NCBI GenBank assembly: GCA_964016885.1 | Contig: OZ024756.1 | Span: forward strand, 20,832,001-20,896,000 | From: Eledone cirrhosa | Taxonomy: Eukaryota | DNA length: 64,000 bases | Direction: 5' to 3' | Shown: one piece after another, positions 10,585-23,931 of the stretch | How positions within the stretch are numbered: position 1 is the first letter of the stretch | Layout of the letters: the number at the start of each line of letters is the position of its first letter | Position numbers and translations under genes: made by a program | Notes under the pieces: generated by a model | The model's input: only the letters and a program-made list of their open reading frames with translations | What the model was told of the DNA's origin: nothing | Database searches by the model: none

Positions 10585-11760
10585 CTGAAACAGTTATAAA
10601 TCCGAAACAGTTCTAAATCTGAAACAGTTATAAATCTGAAACAGTTCTAAATCTGAAACAGTTATAAATCTGAAACAGTTATAAATCTGAAACAGTTCTA
10701 AATCTGAAACAGTTATAAATCCGAAACAGTTCTAAATCTGAAACAGTTCTAAATCTGAAACAGTTCTAAATCTGAAACAGTTATAAATCTGAAACAGTTA
10801 TAAATCTGAAACAGTTCTAAATCTGAAACAGTTATAAATCTGAAACAGTTCTAAATCTGAAACAGTTATAAATCTGAAACAGTTATAAATCTGAAACAGT
10901 TCTAAATCTGAAACAGTTATAAATCTGAAACAGTTCTAAATCTGAAACAGTTCTAAATCTGAAACAGTTATAAATCTGAAACAGTTCTAAATCTGAAACA
11001 GTTATAAATCCGAAACAGTTCTAAATCTGAAACAGTTATAAATCCGAAACAGTTCTAAATCTGAAACAGTTATAAATCTGAAACAGTTCTAAATCTGAAA
11101 CAGTTATAAATCTGAAACAGTTATAAATCTGAAACAGTTATAAATCCGAAACAGTTTTAAATCCGAAACAGTTCTAAATCTGAAACCGTTATAAATCTGA
11201 AACAGTTCTAAATCTGAAACCGTTCTAAATTTGAAACCGTTATAAATCCGAAACAGTTCTAAATTCGAAACAGTTCTAAATCCGAAACAGTTCTAAATCT
11301 GAAACAGTTCTAAATCTGAAACAGTTATAAATCCGAAACAGTTCTAAATCTGAAACCGTTATAAATCCGAAACAGTTCTAAATCCGAAACAGTTCTAAAT
11401 CTGAAACCGTTATAAATCCGAAACAGTTCTAAATCTGAAACCGTTATAAATCCGAAACAGTTCTAAATCTGAAACCGTTATAAATCTGAAACTGTTATAA
11501 ATCTGAAACCGTTATAAATCTGAAACTGTTATAAATCTGAAACAGTTCTAAATCTGAAACAGTTCTAAATCTGAAACAGTTATAAATCCGAAACAGTTCT
11601 AAATCTGAAACCGTTATAAATCCGAAACAGTTCTAAATCTGAAACCGTTATAAATCTGAAACTGTTATAAATCTGAAACAGTTCTAAATCTGAAACCGTT
11701 CTAAATTTGAAACCGTTATAAATCCGAAACAGTTCTAAATCCGAAACAGTTATAAATCCG
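10585..11760. repeat. 17-bp minisatellite (AAATCTGAAACAGTT[A/C]T), about 69 copies
   Basis: Direct inspection. Variants include CCGAAAC and ACCGTT. Confidence 0.95.
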
Positions 11761-12140
11761 AGCAGTATTTGAACGGAGAAGTGAAAACAGAAACGTATAA
11801 CGACATTAACATAAACAGCAACAACAACGTGAGTGAAAAGTATATATGTATATAAACAAAGTTATCTTGAATATCAAGTTTGAATCGTGCCCACCACCTC
11901 GGAATGACTGACATTTGCAGTATTTCCAGACGACAAGGCTAGCATATTTGAATCGTCCTTGCCCTCAAACGGCGACAAATCATGTACTGTACTAATTGAC
12001 AAAGAAAAACGTAGTTGCGTATTAAGCACCTCTCAGTGATATATGATCTCCAACAAATGTTTAATACCCAACATCTATATGATCTAAACTATTTTCATCT
12101 CAGTACCGGTTCAGTGAATCTTGAAACAGCTGTCTGACAT

Positions 12141-12218
<78 letters not shown>

Positions 12219-12420
12219 CCCCCACCCCCACCCTACTCTCCCTCGGAGTTTCTGTTCTCCCCCAATCCGAACTTTCCTGATGAAACCTCCTCCACTTCCA
12301 CCAACCGTGAACTTAAAATAATTTTATACAATTGCCTCCTGTGTTTTGTTCGTTCATTTTCAGTTATATATATATATATATATATATATATTTTTAAATA
12401 TATATGTGTGTGTGTGTGTA

Positions 12421-12475
<55 letters not shown>

Positions 12476-12476
12476 A

Positions 12477-12525
<49 letters not shown>

Positions 12526-12530
<5 letters not shown>

Positions 12531-12736
12531 ATATAGATAATATAAACCTGGCTTCTACAGGGCTAGAACTGTTTCATTCGGGAGAAATCATCAGGTTAGG
12601 GGCTTCCTGATGATTTCTCCCGTATGAAACAGTTCTAGCCCTGTAGAAGCCATTTCTATATTAAATATTAAATATTCATACTCTGCTATGTATTGAGTAC
12701 CTTACTATGGTTACCACCGATTGAACCCGCGATAAA

Positions 12737-12738
<2 letters not shown>
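12526..12738 (+). mobile_element. Short Penelope-like/retrozyme-like insert in (TA)n with a fold-back 5' end
   Basis: 47-bp inverted arms at 12549-12595 and 12606-12652, a hammerhead motif, and (TA)n on both flanks. Confidence 0.55.
12601..12651 (+). ncRNA. Candidate type I hammerhead ribozyme in a Penelope-like insert
   Basis: GGCTTC-CTGATGA(12607)-TTTCTCCCGTAT-GAAA(12626)-CAG-TTCTAGCC-CTG-TA-GAAGCC. Stem I is 6 bp, stem III is ACAG/CTGT, and the cleavage triplet is GUA. Stem II is weak. Confidence 0.7.
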
Positions 12739-12813
<75 letters not shown>

Positions 12814-12879
12814 GTATATACATATATATATATACATATATATAATTCTCATGTATGTATGTATATATATATATACACT

Positions 12880-13540
12880 ACGGTGTGGTTCAATTTATAA
12901 TCTCCGTCGAAGTAGGCCTCTTCTTCTTCCACACAGTTAGCCAAGCGATCCTTCTATGCCTTGATTCCTTCTACCAGAATGACTCTCAGTTCCATAACCG
13001 CAGTCTGCATGGTGGGATTTTTTTCTTCGCTTTTTAAACCTTGTGATTCTGTTTCCATAGAGTCCTGTTGCTTGCGAGTGTTTCCTAGGCAACAGGGTTG
13101 ATGTTGATCCCTTTCTTGTGACGCTTGCACACGTCCTTGTATCGCAGGTGCAGGCGACCTTTGGTTTTCGATCCAGAAGCCAGTTTACTGTATAGAAGGT
13201 TCTTTAGGAAGACGACAAGCATCACTGATGCGACCGACATGTTCAAGCTATCAAAATCGTCCTTGGCGCAGGAGTGTGAATATGGAGGAGGATATAGCTG
13301 CTTTGGTAAGTAATCCGTCACTCTTGCAGATCCTGTCCTGTCATTTGATCTCAAAGATTCACCGCAGACACTGCATATGAATCACGCGAAGTTCCCGCTC
13401 TGGTAAAGAGTAAGTTGTCCACGACACACGCTGTTATACAGGCCATGTATACATCAATATATTGATCTTGGTAAATGTTATCAGTTGTTTATTCACACAC
13501 ACATTCCTCGCAAAATTTGAGGGAGTAGTAGTTGCTCTAT
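12880..13540 (-). mobile_element. Degenerate RTE-clade LINE 3' fragment
   Basis: The - strand translation LLYSKLASGSKTKGRLHLRYKDVCKR..ININP matches the RTE C-terminal G.R..GRP..RYKD motif. Frameshifted. Confidence 0.7.
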
Positions 13541-13555
13541 TGATGCACTTCTTGA

Positions 13556-13955
13556 GTTTTGTATCTAGAGTAAGGCTGTAGAGTTCTGTATCTAGAGTAA
13601 GGCTGTAGAGTTCTGTATCTAGAGTAAGGCTGTAGAGTTCTGTATCTAGAGTAAGGCTGTAGAGTTCTGTATCTAAAGTAAGGCTGTAGAGGTCTGTATC
13701 TAGAGTGAGGTCGTAGAGGTCTGTATCTCGAGTGAGGTCGTAGAGTTCTGTATGTAAAGTGAGGCCGTGTGTTCTGTATGTAGTGTGAGGTCATAGAGGT
13801 CTGTATCTCGAGTGAGGCCGTAGAGTTCTGTATGTAGAGTAATACCGTAGAGTTCTGTATCTAGAATGAGGATGTAGAGGTCTGTATGTAGAATGTGGCC
13901 GTAGAATTCTGTATGTAGAATGTGGCCGTAAAGTTATGAATCTAGAATGAGGTCG
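13556..13955. repeat. 27-bp minisatellite (GTATCTAGAGTAAGGCTGTAGAGTTCT)
   Basis: Direct inspection. It gives the 9-aa periodicity of ORF 13537..13794. Confidence 0.9.
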
Positions 13956-15495
13956 TATGTAGCTGTGGAATCAATATACTGATGTTCATTCAAGAGGGTG
14001 TCGTATACCATGGCTTGGACATTAAAAAACTGATTGTGAGTTTAAATAGATCGTAAGATCATGAGAACCTGTCTACAATGTTTGGCAAGCTGTCTATAGA
14101 GTTTAAGGATATAGCTGCATCATCCGCAATGAGAATGACTTTGATGGTAACATTGCTTATTTTATATTTGAATTTTTAGTTTGGTTATAGTGAAAAATCA
14201 GCCAAAATCCCTTCTTGGGATGGGTGCCATTGGTCGAGGACTTGAATTGAATGCAGGTTTTAGGGAGGAGCAACACAAAAAAGATACTATAAAGAGTCGA
14301 ACGACGAGAACATATCTCACTTGATTCCGCTCTACGCTCTAAATTTCCTCGACATAGATCTGTTATAGTGCACTATGTTCATCATACCATCATGTAAAGA
14401 AATTATGATGTTTAGCAGCTTATCAGATAACCAATGAGTAGTAACATCTTCAACACACTGGCTCTAATGAAGGGCAGATTACTGTGGTGGAATTTACCCT
14501 GGGAGTTAGTAACATCTTCAACACACCGTCTCTAATGAAGGACAGGGAGTTAGTAACATTCTAAACACACCGTCCATAATAAAGGTCAGATTTCTGTAGT
14601 TGGATCTATTCTTTGATTTAGTAACAAGGGGGGAGAATAACTGGGAGAAGGAGGGCCACACACTGGGAGAAGGAAGGGCACACACTGGGCGAAGGAAGAG
14701 CACACTGGGTGAAGGAGTGGCACAACTAGGCGAAGCGGAGGAACACAATTGGGATCAGAGGGTGAATAATTGGGTGAAGTAGGGGGAATTCACAGGGAGA
14801 AGGGGTCGCACGATTGGGACGCACGATTGGAGAAAGGGGCGAACAGCTGGGTGAAGCGGAGAGAGAAGATTATAGAGCGAGCTTAGGGCGCTAAATATGG
14901 TATGGAAGTGCCACCGGGCTCTGATTAGAAAGAGAGGGGGAGAGGGGAGAAAAAGAGAGAGAAAGAGAATATAGATTACAATGAATGAACACTGTATGGT
15001 GTGATGAGTTTTAAAGAAAGTCTAGGGGAAAATACCCAAGGCCGTCTGCTGTGGGGAAAGTAAAAGAACATACAAAACAAAACAAAACAAAAAAAGCAGA
15101 AAAAAACCCACCACCACCACCACCACCACCACCACCACCACCACTACTACCCCCACTCCCACCCCAAATAATAAGTAAAGCTAGAGCATACTTAATGTAG
15201 TGAAACATAGAAACGGTTATTTAATAAAATTAGACGAGATCGTTGCTGTGTAAATTCTCAACAGACAACCTGTCAGTACTTGAGCACACCAAAAGCTTAG
15301 CATAATAAATAAAGTAATGATAATAAATAAAGAAATAAATAGAATATAGAATATGGAAGAAATAGAACAGAGAATAGAGAATAGTAATAAAAATAAAGAT
15401 AAAGAAAGAAATCCTCTCTACATTCCATTTTATTATCAAACTATCTCGATTGTTATCTGACACATTCAGACATGTATCTCTGCATCTGTAATACA

Positions 15496-15596
<101 letters not shown>

Positions 15597-15675
15597 CACA
15601 TACATATACTCATGTATCTCTGTATCTGCAATCCATATAGACAATATATTAGCAGACCTATATGTCGTGCGCGCG

Positions 15676-15709
<34 letters not shown>

Positions 15710-15710
<1 letters not shown>

Positions 15711-15936
15711 TAGTAGTAATAATAAATGTGAAGACTAAAATCAGAAGAGGGCTCGATAAGGATAATTTATATATCAAATATATAAAAACCATAGAGCAAA
15801 TATTTATTGAAATAACAGATTAAAGTTTAAGCAAAGAATCGCTGCTTTCACCCTTAACGGGATCTTCTGAAGATCCCGTTAAGGGTGAAAGCAGCGATTC
15901 TTTGCTTAAACTTTAATCTGTTATTTTAATAAATAT
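15710..15936 (-). mobile_element. Penelope-like insert in (TA)n with a 68-bp-arm hairpin centred on a hammerhead core
   Basis: Palindrome at 15800-15936 centred on 15868, containing CTGAAGA-TCCCGTTAAGGGT-GAAA-GCA..TGC-TT. A second copy without the fold-back lies at about 33461-33594. Confidence 0.6.
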
Positions 15937-16254
15937 ATATATATATATATCCACATACACACGCATACTCATACACATACACACACAGACAAATGCACAA
16001 ACACACACACACAAACATACATACACACAGACGGACACGCAAACACACATAATTTCTCCCTTCCACACACACACACACACACACATCTCCCCTCCTCTTT
16101 CCACACAAGTAGGCAAGGTGTTTTATATAAAGAGACCATCAGTCGCCACTGCATGTAAGCCTTCTCATCTTCCAATGTTAGCGATGTTGTCAAGGAGAAA
16201 GAGACACGCCGATACAGCACCAGTGACATTCAAAGACGAAACGAGGATGTAGAG

Positions 16255-16450
16255 CAGCCATATCAAACATGCGGCCCGTGGGCCGCATGCAACCTTTACA
16301 AGCATACCTGCGACCCGCACAAAGGTTTTTACAGCCCGAGCGTAATATAAAATGAAAAATATTAGTTGTAATGTGCGCAGTTAGTTGTCATGTGTGGCCC
16401 TCACACAACACATATGTGACCCATGTGGACCTCGGAGTTTGACATGCCTG
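16255..16450. mobile_element. hAT-superfamily MITE
   Basis: TIRs CAGCCATATCAAAC / GTTTGACATGCCTG and a perfect 8-bp TSD ATGTAGAG (16247-16254, 16451-16458). Confidence 0.9.
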
Positions 16451-16842
16451 ATGTAGAGGACCAAACCAAACATAAATGCTACTACTAACTTTAGACCTAA
16501 AAATTCTGCCAAGCAACCATCCATGACGTCCTGATCATAGATTTATTTATTTATCGATCTCGAAAGGATGAAAGGCAAAGTTGATCTCAGCGGGTTTTGA
16601 ACTTAAAGAACGTAAATTCCGAGAACCATTTTAATCCGAAGCTCTAACCATTTAACCAATTTGCCGCTGAGTGTGTGTGTGTGTATTTGTGTTGTGTGTG
16701 TGTGTATGTGTGTGTGTGTATGTGTGTGTGTGTGTGTGCGCACAGACACACACACACGCACACACATGCACACACACACACACATACTCACAAACAACAA
16801 ACACACACGCACGCATGCACATACACACAAACACTCACCCAG

Positions 16843-16883
<41 letters not shown>

Positions 16884-17252
16884 TGCATACACTCACACAC
16901 TCATATACACACTCACACACACACTCATCCACTTATACACTCACATACATACACTCGCACTCACACACATTCACACACATTCACACACTCACACACTCAC
17001 ACACTCACATGCACACACATAGACACAGCCACGCACTCACACACTCACACACCCATACATATACATATGTATATATATATATATAATGTTAAAGATCTGT
17101 CACTACATTTCGTTGAATTAGGTTGCGTAATTCGGCGAGAGACTCAGCCCAGATGAAAACCAGTTTAACTCGGTTCTAGCAAAAATCGTTCTAGTTACAA
17201 CTACTTTACACTTGTTTAAATACTCATAAACATGCATTTATGTTTGCGTGTA

Positions 17253-17338
<86 letters not shown>

Positions 17339-17455
17339 AAAATTTCGCTCTACATGGCTGAATACAATAAATGTAATCTGAGTTTTTCGAATATTAATAA
17401 TAACATTCGATTCGTTTGCAATATATATATTATTATTAATATTCAAAAAACTCAG

Positions 17456-17571
<116 letters not shown>

Positions 17572-17619
17572 TATGTGTGTATACGTACATACATATATGT
17601 ATACAGACGTACAGTTACA

Positions 17620-17667
<48 letters not shown>

Positions 17668-18216
17668 TACATATACATACAGGTACACATACATACATGC
17701 ACGTATCAGTTTAGCGGACGCTTATTATAACGCCGCTTTGTTCGTTTGTAAACAAACTGAACAGCCTGAATTTTTATGCCGTACGGTATGTATATGTATA
17801 TATATGTATGTATATGTATATATATATATATATATATATGCATGCTACTGTACGTCTGTATACATATATGTATGTACGTATACACACATACTTACATTTA
17901 AGTAAGTGCCGTACTAAGAGTGAGAAATGAAATTTCGTTTTCATTTTATTTCAACTTATATATATATATATATATAATATATAATATTCAAAATATTAAT
18001 AAATGAGAAATATTTTCATAACCAAAGTATATATTTTATTATACATATTTCAAGGGTACAGTGGTTTTTGAATACGCTTTCAGCAGATAAAACATAAGAG
18101 ATTGGTTATTCGACATACCCCTAAGGTCTTGAACCTTCAATCCCTGTAGTGGTAGTAAGTTATTTCCTCAACACTCAACATTTATATACCACAAATAATA
18201 TGTTAACTTAGAGAAG

Positions 18217-18258
<42 letters not shown>

Positions 18259-18702
18259 CAATACCACCAAAAAGGGTCCGACGAGGCCATTGATTACAAA
18301 GTCGGACTAGATCGATACAGATCGAACTTTGAGCTGATCGGTGGCGAAACGCACGTCACCAACCAATAAACATAATTGTTTCTACTTTAGGCACAAGGCC
18401 AGCAATTACCCAGTGCATTACTGGTACTTTATTTTATCGACCCCGTAAGGATGAAAGGCAAAGTCAACCTCGGCGGGATTTGAACTCAGATCGTAAAGGG
18501 ACGTAACTATGCTGGAAAGCATGGCGTCCGACCCTCTACCGATACTGCCAACCAATAAACATAATGAAGAAGTAACCACTCGTCCTTGTTTTATTTTATT
18601 ATACTACACTCTGTCTAGCTCTACACCTCGATACAGACGTGAACCTAAACATCGAGTGCTCACCCGGGTGAACCTACAGTAGCTCCGCGTTACACTCCCT
18701 GG
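18259..18702 (+). mobile_element. Penelope-like insert in (TA)n with a hammerhead motif, interrupted by a SINE
   Basis: GGT-CCGACGA(18278)-G-GCCATTGAT...ATCGGTGGC-GAAA(18346)-C-GCAC-GTC-ACC. A related copy without the SINE lies at 24588-24703. Confidence 0.6.
18376..18547 (-). mobile_element. tRNA-derived SINE insertion with a target-site duplication
   Basis: CCAACCAATAAACATAAT is duplicated on both sides. The copy at about 24650 shows the empty site. Confidence 0.9.
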
Positions 18703-19177
18703 ATATATATATATAAAGAATTCAAAGTCCACGACTATGCGGGTTTGGACGGAGTCAACTGATGAGATGGGAGTACTGTCTGTATTCGTTCATTTTCCTG
18801 ACTTAGAGAGAGAGAGAGAGAGATGTAAAATCCCGACCGCGGCGCCAAGCGGTTACGGCTTGTGTGTTAAGCAATCCTTTTTCAGAGGTGTAGTAATATT
18901 TGTAGGGTGTGAAAAAATAGGTCACTGGTATTGGTGACCTATTTTTGATTGAGTTTATCATAGTAGTGAACGACACAAGCAAGGTTTTTCACAATTTTTA
19001 CCTCACCCTTGTATTTCCCCCGCTCATTTTTGTAGAAACATGTGTTAGACCTATATGTCCTAATTTTGTTATCATATTTTGTCTATTACTATCCATGTAA
19101 TTTGCATTCATAACATCCGTCGGGTTTATTTACTCAAAGCTTCATTCCTAATACTTTTACGGATTACACCTGTGACT

Positions 19178-19502
19178 CTACTACTACTACTACTACTACT
19201 ACTACGCATGGGTTTGCTATCTGGTCGCGAGGAGTCTGTCTCCCTACAGTAGACCACCACCACCACCATCATAACTACTACTACTACAACTACCACTACC
19301 ACCACTACTACTACTACTACTACTACTGCTACTACAACCATCACTACTACTACTACTACCGCCGCCACCACCACCACCACCACTACCACTACTACTACTA
19401 CTACGTCTGGGTTTGCTATCTGGTCGCGAGGAGTCTGTCTCCCTACAGTAGACCACCACCACCACCACCACCACCATAACTACTACTACTACAACTACCA
19501 CT

Positions 19503-19538
<36 letters not shown>

Positions 19539-19630
19539 GCTACTACTGCCGCCGCCGCCACCACCACCACCACCACCACTACTACTACGTCTGGGTTTGC
19601 TATCTGGTCGCGAGGAGTCTGTCTCCCGAC
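19178..19630. repeat. Three tandem copies (about 190 bp) of a roughly 35-bp unique segment embedded in (CTA)n/(CCA)n
   Basis: GGGTTTGCTATCTGGTCGCGAGGAGTCTGTCTCCC occurs at about 19210, 19409 and 19593. Confidence 0.85.
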
Positions 19631-20264
19631 AATAGACAATATATTTCAGCTCCAGTTTCTTCTTGTCTAATGTCAGCTGACAAGACTTGCTGACATTTAC
19701 CCACACTTGCTATTCTGGGTCTTACACAATCACATTCTCTTCATTTCTTACCTACCTATTTAACTACCTCACATCACCACCACCACCACCACCCCACCGC
19801 CGCCGCCGCCACTACACTTCTTTAGCATCCTATAGTTTACTTGGCACGTGTCTTGGTTGTTGGGGTGTTCGCCTCACAATCGTTAGATCGAGAAGTTCGA
19901 TAACCGGCGGCGCATTGTGTCCTTGAGCAAGATATTTTATTTCACGTTGCTCCAGTTTACTTATATATAAAAAAAACAACAGCAACAGAGTTTTATCTTT
20001 AATTCAAAGCAACAGCATTGTCACTCAACGTGTAACACTGAATATCCTTTGGAATTACGTTAAAGGCGCATATGTCTGTGGAATACTCAGCCACTTGCAC
20101 ATTGATTTCTCGAGCAGGCTGTTCCCATGTTTGAACAACTGGAACACTCGTCGTCAAACCCGACGAAGATCCAAAACACATCATAATTTACTTGCAAGAT
20201 TGCTATGACATAACTGTTATCTATACATTATGTTTAGGTATAATGTATGTATGTATTGTATCTA

Positions 20265-21284
20265 TGGTCTCGTAACCCCTGGTAGAGTCGTAGGGGCGCC
20301 GTATTGACATACGGCGTTTCTTGGGCATTTTAAGCCTGGCGGAACCCATCCCTCTCCAGGCCTGAGTACAGCAGATTTCTTCCAAAGAAGGATAGAGAGA
20401 GTGAGAGAGATGAAATGAGAAAGGGATATAGAGGAAGAATCGAACCCACTATTAGACTGGTACTTTTTTTTATCGACCTCGAAAGGATGAAAAGCAAAGT
20501 TGACTTTGGAGGGATTTGAACTCAGAGAGCAAAGTTAACCTCGGTGGGATTTGAACTCAGACCATAAAGGGCCATAACTCTATGCTGCAAAGCTGGCGTC
20601 CGACCCTCTACCGATACTGCTAATCCACCACCCTCTGTAGAATTAAAATAATAAAAATCAAAATTCGATGTTTAATCTTCTCGACCTGTTCAGTAAAGAT
20701 GTAAGGGTTGTTGTTGTTATTGTTGTATGGTCTCAGGGAAACTCTTATCAAACAGATCTATGACCATCTCATTATTTTCTTATCAGGGCGGTGGATTGGC
20801 AGTATCGGTAGAGGGTCGGAGGCCATGCTTCGCAGCATAGAGTTACAGCCCTATATGATCTGAGTTCAAATCCCGCCGAGGTTAACTTTGCCTTTCATCC
20901 TTACGGGGTCAATAAAATAAAGTACCAGTCACGCTCTGGGGTCGATTTAATCGATTACCCCCCCCCCCCCCCCCATTGCTGGTTTTGTGCCTATATAAGA
21001 AACCATTATTTTCTTATCAGACATTGGTACTACTTTATCCAATGTGTCATTCTGATTTTTTTAAAAATTGAATTTCTTTTTGCCGTTCATAAAAATGTTA
21101 GCACCATTAACTCTTTTAGTGCTAGGCTGGTTTCCTGTTTGAAATTATTCCATTATTTTGTGAAATTTCTTACATTGTCTATATACAGGGTGTCCCCCCA
21201 AAATGCATACACACTTTGATTACCTGTATAGGCAATATTTATTAGAATGCACAACCTTTGTGTATGCATTTTTTAGGACACCCT

Positions 21285-21352
<68 letters not shown>

Positions 21353-21610
21353 CTATATATATATATATATCTGGGGCGGTGGAGAGTTCTTTTTATTATT
21401 TCATTTGTCAGGGCGGCGGATTGGCAGTATCAGTAGAGGGTCGGACGCCATGTTTTGCAGCATAGCGTTACGGTCCTTTATGATGTGAGTTCAAATCCCG
21501 CCGAGGTTAACTTTGCCTTTCATCCTTACGGGGTCGATAAAATAAAGTACCAGTAACACACTGGTGTCGATTTAATCGACTTCCCCCCTTCCCCTAAATT
21601 GCCGGCCTTG
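20265..21610. mobile_element. SINE cluster: long-tail variant (about 20265-20530 -) and short-tail copies (about 20785-21008 +, 21410-21610 +)
   Basis: Shared tRNA head and core with different 3' tails. Confidence 0.8.
21186..21285. mobile_element. Small Tc1/mariner-type MITE
   Basis: TA-CAGGGTGTCC..AAAATGCATACAC / GTGTATGCATTTT..GGACACCCT inverted termini. Confidence 0.65.
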
Positions 21611-22436
21611 ATTTGAACTTCGAACGCGAAGAGACGTAACTCATGTGAGGCCCACTCTTGCATGTGGCCAACCCTGCTGGGTTATTTAGGAAAGAAATAT
21701 TTATATATTTAGTTTTGTATTTTTGTTTGCAATTTTCTTCGAAATTTTTTCTTTATTTCTCAAACAATGATATTTCTCTCCCCCTCCCCCCTCTCCCACT
21801 TCTTCACATTTCCCTCTCCCTCCGCTGCTCTCCCCTTTCTTTCTCCCTCCTCATCTCTCACTCCCTCTCTCTCATTTGATTTATTTGTTATATTTAAAAC
21901 AAGTTTTCTCCTATTTTATTTTGACGTTTATGGCTATTGTGTCCTCAACCGATCAAACCTAAGATTAATGGAGGTAAGATATGGTTCGAGAGAGATTTGT
22001 TTACAATTTCTTGCCAGTCGAGCGACCACCCAATGGCAGCTTTGTTGGCTCCTACAATACTGTCTTTGGACACTCCATTTATTCATTTCCCCATCATTCG
22101 GAAGTTAAAGGCGCTCTCTCATTCATATAGATATAGTTCTTGGATTTTATAAGATCCTGTAATAACTATCATGACTGCTTTATGGTATTCGTTCCGATTA
22201 TCTGCTCTCTGAGTTCAAATCCCGCCGAGGTCAACTTTGTCTTTCATCCTTTTGAGGTGAATAAAAAAGTACCAGTCTAGTACTGGGGTAGATTCTTCCT
22301 CTATATCTCTTTCTCACTTCCTCTCTTTCTCTGGAAGAAATTTGCTGTACTCAGGCCATAAAACATGTACTTACAACAAGAAATATGCATTTCTAACAAG
22401 GACCATGTATTTATTGCTAGTAGGCAATCTGTATTA

Positions 22437-22767
22437 GGCGGCGAATTGGCAGAATAGTTAGAACGTCAGATAGAATGCTTTACGGTATTCGTTCCGACCC
22501 TCTGCTCCCTGAGTTCAAATCCCACTGAGATCAACTTTGCCTTTAATCCTTTCGAGGTCGATAAAAAAGTACAAGTTTAGTACTGGGGTAGATTCTTCCT
22601 CTATATCTTTTTCTCACTTCCTTCTGTCACTCTCTCTATCCTTCTCTGGAAGAAATCTGCTGTATTTAGACATGGAGATGCAATGGGTTCCGCCAGGTTT
22701 AAAAATGCCCAAGAAATGTTGTACCTCAATACGACGTCGATACGATTCTCTTAGGAGTTACGGGATG
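22437..22767 (+). mobile_element. Long-tail tRNA-derived SINE (other copies at about 25708-26197, 55100-55437 - and 63141-63460)
   Basis: TGGCAGAATAGTTAG A-box, GAGTTCAAATCC B-box, core, then a GGAAGAAATCTGCTGTA...GGAGTTACGGGA tail. Confidence 0.8.
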
Positions 22768-23120
22768 ATGAAGAAAAATATGTATTGCTAATTCTTGGAC
22801 AGTATATATTTTTTTTATCTTAACAAGATTCAGAGATAATGGAATGTTGAGATTAAGAACTAATGGAGTGGACGATTGTTCCTCGATATCTCTTTCTCAT
22901 TTCCTCTCTCTCACTCGCTCTTTCTTTCTCTGGACCATAGAGGGCCGGAATGAATACCGCAAGGCATTCTGTCCGACTTTGTTAATTCACCGCCTTATGA
23001 CCATACATTACAAGATCTCATAAAACCAAAGAACTATATCTATATGAAAGAATCAGCTTCGTTGAATAAACAGGAAGATCAGAAGAGTTCTCACTGTGTA
23101 CATTAAAGTAGATTTGTGTG

Positions 23121-23251
<131 letters not shown>

Positions 23252-23739
23252 CTCAGATAATGGGAAAATAAACAAACGGAATTTGGAAACTAATAAAGTT
23301 TAGAGGAAGCAGTATAGTTTTAACATGTCAAATTATGAAGAAAGGTCAACGAAAGTAATGTGTAGTATTGGTGATAACAAACGACGAAAAACTCCCAAGA
23401 AGGGAAAACACACACATTACTGTATGATATAATCCTTAAAGAAACAACGATTGAAACATGAAACTTAAAGTAAATTATGACATTAAAATGAGTGAATGAG
23501 TGGAGTATGTTGAACGGAGAAGCCAAAGGACTATTATCTCTAACTGTTCGAAATTATTTTTACAGAATGAAATGAGAGAAGGAAAAGTAATGTATGTAAT
23601 GTGTAAGAAGGAAATTATGGCGAAATGTTGGATGTGAGATAAAACAAATTTAATTGTGTTTAAACTGTTATGGTCTACAACACGACGACAAAATTGCTGA
23701 CGTCAACACATAGACCGTAGTTATCATATATGGTCGGTT

Positions 23740-23885
23740 CACTGTTATGTAATTCTGTCGAAGTAACCTGATGAGATCGCCCTGTCTTGCAACATAACTG
23801 GATGATGGAGCTAGGCCATTGAAATATGTATAGTGATTTCACGGAATTAAGTTTAAAGCATATCTTCCAGTCCAACCTTCTGTTG

Positions 23886-23931
<46 letters not shown>

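Noticed and set aside
12270-12290. CTGATGAAAC as a hammerhead
   Set aside because: No stem II, and no matching stems I or III around it.
19178-19630. CRISPR-like array of three roughly 35-bp repeats
   Set aside because: The spacers are homologous (CTA)n/(CCA)n microsatellites of about 150 bp, there are no cas genes, and the context is eukaryotic. It is a tandem duplication.
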